From the IMG/VR virus record IMGVR_UViG_3300013901_000001: a DNA stretch of 64,000 bases; one strand, given 5' to 3'. The DNA is from a virus. The notes under the pieces are model-generated. The model worked only from the letters and a program-made list of their open reading frames with translations. It searched no databases and was not told where the DNA came from. This document shows positions 18,449 through 25,882 of this stretch, piece after piece (position 1 is the stretch's first letter; each line of letters begins with the position of its first letter). The translations under genes and the position numbers were made by a program.

Positions 18449-19294
18449 ATGTCAATAAATGATTTATCAGGAAAAAGATTTGGTATTCTTACAGTATTGG
18501 AATACGAAGGAAAGAGCGGAAGAGGTTATAATTTTTGGAAGTGTAAATGTGATTGCGGAAATATTGTCACAAAAAATGAAAAATTATTGAAAAATGGACA
18601 CACAAAAAGTTGCGGTTGTATTCATAGGGCAAAAGACTTAACTGGAAGTAAATTTGGAAACTTGACTGTTATGGAAAAAGTTGGAAGAAAAAACCGTCAT
18701 ACGCAATGGCTATGCAAATGTGATTGTGGAAAAGAAGTTTTTTGCTATCAATATAATCTTGAAAGAGGAACTAGTACATCTTGTGGATGCCTTAGAAGCT
18801 ATTATGCCAGAAAAACAAGACCTTGTCATGGGGAATCCACGGGAAAACTTTATAAGAAATGGAGTTCTATAAAAACAAGATGTTACAATTCAAACACTCC
18901 GAGCTATAAAAATTATGGCGGAAGAGGAATAAAAATGTGTGATGAATGGCTTAAATTCTGGAATTTTAGAGAATGGGCATATTCAAATGGATATTCTGAA
19001 GGACTTACACTGGAAAGAATAGATGTTAATGGAAATTACGAACCTTCTAACTGCAAGTGGATACCGATGAAAGAGCAAGCTAGTAATAAGCGCAATAATT
19101 CATTTATAGAATATGGCGGTAAAAAACAAACTTTGTCTCAATGGTCAAAAGAACTTGGGGTTGGAAAAGAAGTTTTAAGTTATCGTTATAGAGCCGGTTG
19201 GAATCCGGAAGAATGTCTTTTTGGAAAAGAAACAAAAGGAAAACATCAACTTCCAAGAATTGAAATACCAAATTATTTAAAGAATCATGAATGA
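18449..19294 (+). CDS. hypothetical protein with duplicated Cys-knuckle modules
   Basis: WKCKCDCGN...SCGC and WLCKCDCGK...SCGC repeats, then a YGGRGIKMCDEW...NCKW block seen in many phage proteins (function unknown to me). Confidence 0.5.
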   Translation: MSINDLSGKRFGILTVLEYEGKSGRGYNFWKCKCDCGNIVTKNEKLLKNGHTKSCGCIHRAKDLTGSKFGNLTVMEKVGRKNRHTQWLCKCDCGKEVFCYQYNLERGTSTSCGCLRSYYARKTRPCHGESTGKLYKKWSSIKTRCYNSNTPSYKNYGGRGIKMCDEWLKFWNFREWAYSNGYSEGLTLERIDVNGNYEPSNCKWIPMKEQASNKRNNSFIEYGGKKQTLSQWSKELGVGKEVLSYRYRAGWNPEECLFGKETKGKHQLPRIEIPNYLKNHE

Positions 19295-19514
19295 TAACAA
19301 CAACGGGTGGTCCTTTCTCGATATGCTTACCGTGTTTTCGGTCTTATTGCAAATGCTTGGTTATCAAAGCGACCAGAAGCAAGCGTCCAATGACGATATT
19401 TTAAGAGAGTTGCAAAGACAGAATATGGATTATCTGGAAAAGATCACGGCACAACAAAAGAAAATCATGGAAATTTTATCTGAAATAAAGTCAGATTTCG
19501 CCAATAATGGCTGA
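19287..19514 (+). CDS. hypothetical protein
   Basis: ORF track. Overlaps the upstream stop. Confidence 0.45.
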   Translation: MNDNNNGWSFLDMLTVFSVLLQMLGYQSDQKQASNDDILRELQRQNMDYLEKITAQQKKIMEILSEIKSDFANNG

Positions 19515-19519
19515 TAACA

Positions 19520-19548
19520 AAGGGTAGGCGAAAGTCTACCCTTATTTT
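19520..19548 (+). terminator. intrinsic terminator candidate
   Basis: aagggtag-gcgaaagt-ctaccctt followed by atttt. Confidence 0.6.
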
Positions 19549-19569
19549 AATAACAGGAGGTAAAAATTT

Positions 19570-19998
19570 ATGGCTTGCAGAAATGTATGTAAATTGTGCG
19601 ACAATCTTATCATTTCCCAGTCGGTCACGTTTACAGACGGAAACCTTATCATCAATCTTCCGGCCGGAAGTTATGCAAACGGAAAGAAAGCCTGCATCGT
19701 TGTAGCACAGGCAATTCCAGATGCAACAACGATTAATGCTCCGGTGTACATTACCATCGGAACAGGAACGGTTCTTTATCCACTTACAAAGCGTAATTGC
19801 CGACAGGTAACGGCTTGTGGATTAAGAATACGGACAAGATACAGTACTTGCGTAGAAACCACACCTACAGGCGGTTTATTCCGACTTCTTGGAGATCCTT
19901 GCTGTTCTCCAAATAACAATCTTACATCAATTAATGGAACGGCTCCGGTTGCGCCGACAAATGATGTACAGACTCAAAGTGTGAAAGGAGTGAAGTAG
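19570..19998 (+). CDS. hypothetical Cys-rich protein
   Basis: caggaggtaaaaattt RBS. MACRNVCKLCDN... N-terminus and ...GDPCCSPNN near the C-terminus. Confidence 0.55.
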   Translation: MACRNVCKLCDNLIISQSVTFTDGNLIINLPAGSYANGKKACIVVAQAIPDATTINAPVYITIGTGTVLYPLTKRNCRQVTACGLRIRTRYSTCVETTPTGGLFRLLGDPCCSPNNNLTSINGTAPVAPTNDVQTQSVKGVK

Positions 19999-19999
19999 T

Positions 20000-20686
20000 A
20001 TGCATATCAAAAGAATCCACGAAATGTTAGAATGTCTTACCGAAGTGGCAAAGACACAACTTGATAAAGGAGCCAGTTGCGTAAACACGGACGAAATGGG
20101 TAAGGCGGTAGACATGATTAAAGACCTTACCGAAGCGGAATATCATGCCCTCATTGCAAAGTCCATGGAAGAATACGAAGAAGAAGAAAAGGAAGCCGAG
20201 AAATTCCGTCTACATCTTTTTGAGGAAAGATTTGGTGAAGATGAAGGAAGAAGATTTTACGACCATTACAGATACGCCAACGGAAGATTCGCCCCTAAAG
20301 GATCCGGGACATATAGACGTAATTATACTCCTTATCTTGGCAGTTCTTCTTTCATGCCCGAATGGAACGACAATGAACCCATGTCCCAAAGAAGAATGAG
20401 AGACATGGACCGGAACGACGGAAGAATGTATTACACAGAGCCGTCCTATCAAGGAAGCAACCGTGAATACAGTGAAAGCCGATATGACAAGGCAAGGCGT
20501 ATGTACACGGAAAGTAAGGAACTGCATAAGGCAAATACACAGACCGATAAAGACCAGAAGATGAAAGACCTTGAAAACTATTTCAAGGAAATTTCCGAGG
20601 ACTTGACCGATGTGATTTCTGACGCTACGGCAGAGGAAAAAGCCATGTTGCGGACAAAATTAACCGGACTTGCCGGACGCATTTAG
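20000..20686 (+). CDS. hypothetical acidic/basic low-complexity protein
   Basis: ORF track. Starts 1 nt after the upstream stop. Confidence 0.5.
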   Translation: MHIKRIHEMLECLTEVAKTQLDKGASCVNTDEMGKAVDMIKDLTEAEYHALIAKSMEEYEEEEKEAEKFRLHLFEERFGEDEGRRFYDHYRYANGRFAPKGSGTYRRNYTPYLGSSSFMPEWNDNEPMSQRRMRDMDRNDGRMYYTEPSYQGSNREYSESRYDKARRMYTESKELHKANTQTDKDQKMKDLENYFKEISEDLTDVISDATAEEKAMLRTKLTGLAGRI

Positions 20687-20690
20687 ATGA

Positions 20691-20716
20691 TAGGGGCAGA
20701 AATGCCCCTATTCTTG
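20691..20716 (+). terminator. intrinsic terminator candidate
   Basis: taggggca-gaaa-tgccccta followed by ttcttg. Confidence 0.55.
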
Positions 20717-20823
20717 CACATTGACAACTAAATAGTGGCTAGTGATTAAAGCGTCTAAAGTTGATTAATTTTATCGAATATGGTAGAATTTTTGCATCAT
20801 AAAAGAGAGGGGGATATATACAT

Positions 20824-22062
20824 ATGAAGATTTGTCCTATTTGTGGTGCGGAAAACGAAGATAACCGCATCATCTGTAAAGAATGCGGTTTTGGAATGGA
20901 ATTGGAGGAAGATACGCAACCAGTAATGCAACAGCAAAGCGTTCCTTATCGTAAACCAGAGAGGAAAACCGGTCTTGCACTTGCTTCGCTGATTTGTGGA
21001 ATTATCGGTTTGGTTCTTTCATGTGTCGTTATTGGCATGGTTCCGTCTGTAATCGCATTAATTCTTGGAATTATTGCACTTACCCTAACAGAAGTTAAAA
21101 AGCAGAAGGTAATGGCGATTGTAGGAATCTGCTGTTCCGTTCTTGCCACTTTGATTTCTATTGTGGCACTTGCGCTGTTTTTTGGTTCTGGCAGTTCTTC
21201 GAGTAGCGGAGATTCAAACAGCAAGGCAGACAACGACACCAAAGAAGAAACGATAATTGATATGATTCAAGGTGATTCCAAAGAGCAGTTTATTAGCGAA
21301 TGCGAGGACTTTAACTACAAAGATCTTGCCCGTGATCCGAACGGAAACATTGGAAAGAAGATCAAACTGGAAGTAAAGGTTCAACAGATTTTAACACAGG
21401 GCAAGAAAACCTATTACAGAGTCAATATGAACGATGAGTATGGATTCTGGGGCGGTGGCGAGTTTATCATGTGGGATAACCGCAAAGACGATGACATGAA
21501 AATCCTTGTCGATGATATTCTCATGGTTTATGCGGAATTTGACGGTACAGAAAGAATGGTAAGGGCATTTACAGACACCGAAGAAGATGTTCCGTCCATA
21601 AAGGCATATTATGTGGAACTTCTGGACGAAGATGATTACACCTATGATTTTACTGGTGGTTCAACGGCAAATACCTTAAGCGAAGAAGTTTTGAATGACG
21701 GTACGATTGATACGGATTTTGGAAACTTTACTCTGAAATATACCAGATATGAACTGTCGGAAGATTACGAGGGTAAGCAATGTGTCATAATCTATTTTGA
21801 CTACACGAATAATTCCGAAGAAAATTCCTGTTATTCATGGATGGCAAATGTGCAAGTGTTCCAGAATGGTATAGAATGTGGCGATGCATTTATACTGGAC
21901 GATGACAACAAAGCATTGAATAATGATATGACGGAAGTCAAGAAAGGAACAACTATCAGTGTCGCATCTGCATTTTATATTGACGGATTGGACGATATTG
22001 AACTTGAATGTGGTGTTCTTTACGGCGGTTCGGTCGATACCATGACAATACAATTACAATAG
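20824..22062 (+). CDS. zinc-ribbon membrane protein with extracellular C-terminal domain
   Basis: MKICPICGAENEDNRIICKECGF, two hydrophobic helices (LALASLICGIIGLVL..., VMAIVGICCSVLATLISIVALALFF), Ser-rich linker, about 270-aa soluble domain. Confidence 0.6.
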   Translation: MKICPICGAENEDNRIICKECGFGMELEEDTQPVMQQQSVPYRKPERKTGLALASLICGIIGLVLSCVVIGMVPSVIALILGIIALTLTEVKKQKVMAIVGICCSVLATLISIVALALFFGSGSSSSSGDSNSKADNDTKEETIIDMIQGDSKEQFISECEDFNYKDLARDPNGNIGKKIKLEVKVQQILTQGKKTYYRVNMNDEYGFWGGGEFIMWDNRKDDDMKILVDDILMVYAEFDGTERMVRAFTDTEEDVPSIKAYYVELLDEDDYTYDFTGGSTANTLSEEVLNDGTIDTDFGNFTLKYTRYELSEDYEGKQCVIIYFDYTNNSEENSCYSWMANVQVFQNGIECGDAFILDDDNKALNNDMTEVKKGTTISVASAFYIDGLDDIELECGVLYGGSVDTMTIQLQ

Positions 22063-22080
22063 GTGCAGAATAAGGGAATT

Positions 22081-22112
22081 GGGGCGGTTTAATCCGCTCC
22101 TTTTCTTTTTTT
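22081..22112 (+). terminator. intrinsic terminator
   Basis: ggggcgg-tttaat-ccgctcc followed by ttttcttttttt. Confidence 0.7.
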
Positions 22113-22185
22113 AAATTTGTGCTTGACTTTTTGTAGCGACAGTATTATATTTATTGTAGCGACAAAAAAGAAATGAGGTGAGAAG

Positions 22186-22371
22186 GTGTCGCCAGAAAGA
22201 GAAAGAGGAAGACCAAAATTAAACAATAAAAAAGACACTATGCTTAGAGTTCGTATTGATGATGATGTGGTTAAAAAATTGGAAATCGCTTCAAATAACT
22301 TGAACATAACAAAGTCTGATGTTGTTAGAAATGGTATAGAAAGTGAATACCAAAGGTCATTAAAAAAATAA
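22186..22371 (+). CDS. ribbon-helix-helix (CopG/Arc-like) protein
   Basis: TMLRVRIDDDVVKKLEIASNNLNITKSDVVRNGIE fits a beta-strand, helix, helix pattern. Confidence 0.5.
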   Translation: MSPERERGRPKLNNKKDTMLRVRIDDDVVKKLEIASNNLNITKSDVVRNGIESEYQRSLKK

Positions 22372-22496
22372 AGCGTTGCACCGCTACCAACGAAAACAAC
22401 GCTTTAAGAACCGAGATTTCTCTCATGTGAAATATTCTATCACATGGGTAAATCTCTTTCAAGTAAATTTTAATTTTTGAAAGGTGGTAGAATACT

Positions 22497-22736
22497 ATGA
22501 ACAAATTTTTAGAAATCATTTACATGAATCAGATTATGGACGAGGACTGGGACAAATGCGAAGAAAACTTCGCAAAGTTTAAGAACAGGCTGAAAGAAAT
22601 CGTCAGCGAAGAAGTTTTCGAGGAATTAGACGAACTTCTCACGGACTGCATCACCGAAAACAATGCCATGTATGCCGTAGACGGTATGAAACTTGCAATC
22701 GGCGTTCTTGACGGAACATTTATTCCGAAAGCGTAG
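22497..22736 (+). CDS. hypothetical protein
   Basis: ORF track. Confidence 0.45.
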   Translation: MNKFLEIIYMNQIMDEDWDKCEENFAKFKNRLKEIVSEEVFEELDELLTDCITENNAMYAVDGMKLAIGVLDGTFIPKA

Positions 22737-22882
22737 GAGGTGACCGACATGAAAACATATAAAATGGTTACCATTCCACAGGAAAGATATGATCGTATGG
22801 TGGAATCCTACGACAAGGCACTGAAAGAACTGGAAGAACTTGGGAAAGAGTTGGAACAGCTCAAGAAAGGCGGTGCTTGCTG

Positions 22883-23575
22883 ATGAACGAAGTAATTACC
22901 ATTGAAAACACCGAAATGCAGATAAGGGAGTACAACGGACAGAGAGTTGTCACGTTCAAGGATATTGACACGGTACATCAAAGAACAGACGGAACAGCTA
23001 GAAGAAACTTTAGGCAAAATAAAAAGCACTTTATAGAGGGAGAAGATTACATTATCGTACATAGGAATAATTCAATGGACGAATTTCGTCCATTGGATTT
23101 TCCCATTCCACCCAAAGGTATAACCCTTATAACAGAAAGCGGTTATTTGATGCTAGTAAAATCATTCAACGATGATCTGTCATGGAAAGTACAAAGGAGA
23201 TTAGTCAATTCCTATTTTAACGCCAGAGAACAACAGGTAACCTGTGAAGAGGTAGAAAAGGAAAACGATGCGGACATTGACTTGATCGAGGAAAAACCGC
23301 AAGTGCCACTTATCAAAGGGTGGCACAACCGTAACAAGGGCAGACTTGCAAGGATTCAGAGCCGGACCGGACTTACATTGACAAGGATTTATCATTGCAT
23401 CCTTAAGAATGTCGGTGAAAAATACGACCTTAAGGAAGCAAACAATATGTACAAGAAATGCACCGGAAAAGAACCGGAATACGCAATGGACATTGTAGAA
23501 TACTTTCCGGAACTTGCGGAAGCTGCTGACAGGTATCTGGACGGCGTAGAACGAGCATTGAACGCAAGGAGGTAG
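22883..23575 (+). CDS. ORF6N-domain antirepressor-like protein
   Basis: IREYNGQRVVTFKDIDTVHQRTDGTARRNFRQNKKHFIEGEDYIIV matches the ORF6N N-terminal pattern (from memory). Confidence 0.65.
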   Translation: MNEVITIENTEMQIREYNGQRVVTFKDIDTVHQRTDGTARRNFRQNKKHFIEGEDYIIVHRNNSMDEFRPLDFPIPPKGITLITESGYLMLVKSFNDDLSWKVQRRLVNSYFNAREQQVTCEEVEKENDADIDLIEEKPQVPLIKGWHNRNKGRLARIQSRTGLTLTRIYHCILKNVGEKYDLKEANNMYKKCTGKEPEYAMDIVEYFPELAEAADRYLDGVERALNARR

Positions 23576-23582
23576 ATAAACG

Positions 23583-23864
23583 ATGACAGAACCTAAAATA
23601 TTGAACTGTTGCCCGTTATGCGGTGCAAAACTGAAATATATGGCAGTTAAGCAATATGGGGAAGTCCACGAAATTACTTCAAGAGGTCACATCAAGGCAA
23701 ATTCAAGACGGGAAAGCATAGATTCGGTTAACACAAACTATCTGATCTGTTGCAATGATGAATGTAATTTCATAGCGGAAAATCTTCTGTTGGAAGATCA
23801 CCCAGAAATCAAGATTTTCAAAGAAAGAGGTACATTTTATTACACCATGGAGGATAAGGCATGA
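23583..23864 (+). CDS. zinc-ribbon protein
   Basis: CCPLCGAK ... CCNDECNF Cys pairs. Confidence 0.45.
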   Translation: MTEPKILNCCPLCGAKLKYMAVKQYGEVHEITSRGHIKANSRRESIDSVNTNYLICCNDECNFIAENLLLEDHPEIKIFKERGTFYYTMEDKA

Positions 23865-24181
23865 GAAAGAAATATCAGGATTTTCTGCTTGAAGCACTGG
23901 ACTTACTGGACTGCATACCTCCGGCAGAGGAAGATAGACCGCCGGAAATGGTAGCAAGGGACTACAGTAACGCCGTGTTCCTGATGCAGAGAATGAGACA
24001 GTACGTAGATGCCATGAACCGGATTGAACCGAAGATTTTACACGAAAGAAAGTATCGAAACGGAAAATACAACCTTGAAGAACTTACAGGAATGTTTAAC
24101 AAGTACGGGGAAGAAGCCGAAAAGGAAATGGTGCGGTACAAGGCTTTTATCAATCAGAGAAAAGCTGAGAAATGGAGATAG
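23861..24181 (+). CDS. hypothetical protein
   Basis: ORF track. ATGA overlap. Confidence 0.45.
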   Translation: MRKKYQDFLLEALDLLDCIPPAEEDRPPEMVARDYSNAVFLMQRMRQYVDAMNRIEPKILHERKYRNGKYNLEELTGMFNKYGEEAEKEMVRYKAFINQRKAEKWR

Positions 24182-24241
24182 CAGTAAAGACCACTAGCCA
24201 GTATTGGTTGGTGGTTTTTATTTTGACAAAGGAGGTAGAAG

Positions 24242-24565
24242 ATGTATTTTACAGTAAACAATAATTCGTGGGTGCTGAAATTCGTATACCCACACAGCAA
24301 AGACTTAAAGAGAAGTGACGGTACTTACACGTTCGGAGTCACGGACAACTCCGTGAAAACCGTATTTATCATGCGTGGAATGTCTCCGGAAATGACCGAA
24401 AGGGTGTTATGCCACGAAATCACACACGTTTTCTGCTTCGAGAATGGTATTTCTATTCCGATTGAACTGGAAGAACGGCTATGTAACTTCATGGCTGATT
24501 ATGGGAAAGAAATCATTTATCTGTTGGATGATTTGTTGAAAAACATTGAGAGGATCGCAATATAA
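24242..24565 (+). CDS. small HExxH zinc-metallopeptidase-like protein
   Basis: VLCHEITHVF motif. ggaggtagaag RBS. Confidence 0.45.
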   Translation: MYFTVNNNSWVLKFVYPHSKDLKRSDGTYTFGVTDNSVKTVFIMRGMSPEMTERVLCHEITHVFCFENGISIPIELEERLCNFMADYGKEIIYLLDDLLKNIERIAI

Positions 24566-24663
24566 GTAAAAATCGTAGTAATCGCGTACTAATGATTTTT
24601 AAGATTTTCCGTGAAAACCGATTTTCAAAAATCTCGGGAAAAACGCCAAAAAAAGATTCCACC

Positions 24664-24705
24664 CCAAAAAAGTCCGGGAGAAAAAAATTTCTTTCTTCCT
24701 CCCGG
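24664..24705 (-). terminator. intrinsic terminator candidate for minus-strand transcription
   Basis: On the minus strand, CCGGGAG-18 nt-CUCCCGG followed by ACUUUUUUGG. Confidence 0.55.
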
Positions 24706-24747
24706 CTCCCTTTGTCAACAACAACGGCAATGCGATTATATTGTACC

Positions 24748-24803
24748 CATACCGACTACACACCGGCGCAACTCCGGCATCATACCGGCGTCAATACGGC
24801 GGT
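24748..24803 (+). repeat. about five degenerate 11-bp tandem repeats with phased CCGG
   Basis: CCG/CCGG/CGG cores at 24752, 24763, 24774, 24785 and 24796, exactly 11 nt apart. Confidence 0.6.
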
Positions 24804-24985
24804 GGTTATGTACGCTACTACATAGGGCGTATTTAAACGCGTAGAAATCCGTACACCGCACTAGAGGGGCACAATCAGACCATACAGACATAAATATATT
24901 ATGGTATGGTACAATGCCATAATAAAGCCTATCGGTGGCGTTGTCAAGGTGCTATCTGTTCTCAAGTGTGACAATCTGACACTTT

Positions 24986-25028
24986 TAACCACAATATATA
25001 GCAATCCCGGATCGCAAGATATTGTATG
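24986..25028 (+). repeat. 43-bp direct repeat, copy 2 (imperfect palindrome)
   Basis: taaccacaatatAtagcaatcccggatcgcaagatAttgtatg. Internal inverted arms acaatat...atattgt. Confidence 0.8.
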
Positions 25029-25040
25029 ATTTTGAATAAA

Positions 25041-25084
25041 ACCACCGCCCGGAATCGAACCGGGCAAGCATCCAATACGGTGGT
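25041..25084 (-). ncRNA. tRNA-like acceptor/T-arm minihelix 1 (also terminator-like)
   Basis: Minus strand reads ACCACCG-UAUUGGAUGCUUG-CCCGG-UUCGAUU-CCGGG-CGGUGGU followed by UUUUAUU. The loop is a canonical T-loop. No D or anticodon arm. Confidence 0.55.
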
Positions 25085-25197
25085 TAACGCTCAAGTTCAA
25101 AGATCGCCCAACGCAAAGCTGCGACCGCTTCGGCGTCCTTTTCTTTCTCCGCTCTTTCTAGCAGGGTGTACAATGTATCTAGCTTTTTTCTTTCCAT
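25084..25197 (-). CDS. mini-ORF 4 (37 aa)
   Basis: aaaggagtatgaaacc RBS. MERKKLDTLYTLLERAEKEKDAEAVAALRWAIFELER. The stop codon overlaps the first nt of minihelix 1. Confidence 0.45.
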   Translation of the reverse strand: MERKKLDTLYTLLERAEKEKDAEAVAALRWAIFELER

Positions 25198-25229
25198 GGT
25201 TTCATACTCCTTTCTTTTATTTTGGATAT

Positions 25230-25276
25230 GGCAAAGCCGGGGAATCGAACCCCGGATAATACCGTCTATTCTTGCC
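25230..25276 (-). ncRNA. tRNA-like acceptor/T-arm minihelix 2
   Basis: Minus strand reads GGCAAG-AAUAGACGGUAUUAU-CCGGGG-UUCGAUU-CCCCGG-CUUUGCC. Same T-loop as minihelix 1 with different, compensated stems. Confidence 0.5.
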
Positions 25277-25318
25277 TAGGCCAAGATCATCCTAGCTGTA
25301 CTATACACACATTGACGG

Positions 25319-25549
25319 TTAAAACCGTGATGCTTGAAATCTCCAACGCTTGCGATTGTCTGTGCCGTGTTCGGATATTTCAAAAAAAAAAACCGTGAAA
25401 TACTTGTCGAGCAGATCGTCCGGACACTCTAAACAGTTTATTGCGCCCTGGATCTCGTTCTTGTTGCTGTTCTGATAGATCCCGTCAATCTTCACGCCTT
25501 TTTCTTCTTGTAATTGCTCTAATTTCTTTAGCATTTCGTATTTTGTCAT
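25319..25549 (-). CDS. mini-ORF 3 (76 aa) containing a T11 run
   Basis: Start MTKYEMLKKLEQ... at 25549 after gaaaggaag. The upstream part of listed ORF 25319..25621 overlaps the ribozyme-like spacer. The A11 run at 25382-25392 on the plus strand encodes VFFF. Confidence 0.55.
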   Translation of the reverse strand: MTKYEMLKKLEQLQEEKGVKIDGIYQNSNKNEIQGAINCLECPDDLLDKYFTVFFFEISEHGTDNRKRWRFQASRF

Positions 25550-25572
25550 AATATTTTCTTCCTTTCTGCCCT

Positions 25573-25630
25573 GTCTCATCGGTACAGGTGGGGCGGTTCC
25601 TGTAGACGGTGGATTTTCCACCGTTTCGAC
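25573..25630 (-). ncRNA. hammerhead type II-like motif B (core variant CCGAUGA)
   Basis: Minus strand reads GUC-GAA-ACGGUGG-AAAAU-CCACCGU-C-UACAGG-AACCGCCCCA-CCUGUA-CCGAUGA-GAC. Confidence 0.4.
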
Positions 25631-25800
25631 TAAATTAATTTTCCGTAACCGAGAATTTTCTCGGCTTCTGGAATCGCAAAAAACATCGCTCTATATTTTG
25701 CAACGAAAGAGCATTTATACACATTTCCGCTTTCGCATATGGCTAAAAAGTCGCCGTCTTTGTTTTCTTTTATAATGTCCTTAATACTGTAAAGATCCAT
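25630..25800 (-). CDS. mini-ORF 2 (56 aa)
   Basis: gaaaggagaacttagatc RBS. MDLYSIKDIIKENKDGDFLAICESGNVYKCSFVAKYRAMFFAIPEAEKILGYGKLI. Too short for the ORF track. Confidence 0.5.
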   Translation of the reverse strand: MDLYSIKDIIKENKDGDFLAICESGNVYKCSFVAKYRAMFFAIPEAEKILGYGKLI

Positions 25801-25826
25801 GATCTAAGTTCTCCTTTCGCTTGCTT

Positions 25827-25881
25827 GTCTCATCAGTGGCAAGGTTGCAACCCTACGCCAGACCGCCGAAGCGGTTTCGAC
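25827..25881 (-). ncRNA. hammerhead type II-like self-cleaving ribozyme candidate A
   Basis: Minus strand reads GUC-GAA-ACCGC-UUCG-GCGGU-C-UGGCGUAGGGUUGCAACCUUGCCA-CUGAUGA-GAC. All invariant core positions are present, including the GUC cleavage triplet. Stem II is only GUC/GAC. Confidence 0.6.
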
Positions 25882-25882
25882 T

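Noticed and set aside
24592-25259. Four overlapping 77-79-aa ORFs (24592..24825, 24611..24844, 24861..25100 minus, 25026..25259).
   Set aside because: They overlap one another, lack RBSs, and have low-complexity or odd composition. The region is filled with terminator-like hairpins, phased repeats and tRNA-like elements.
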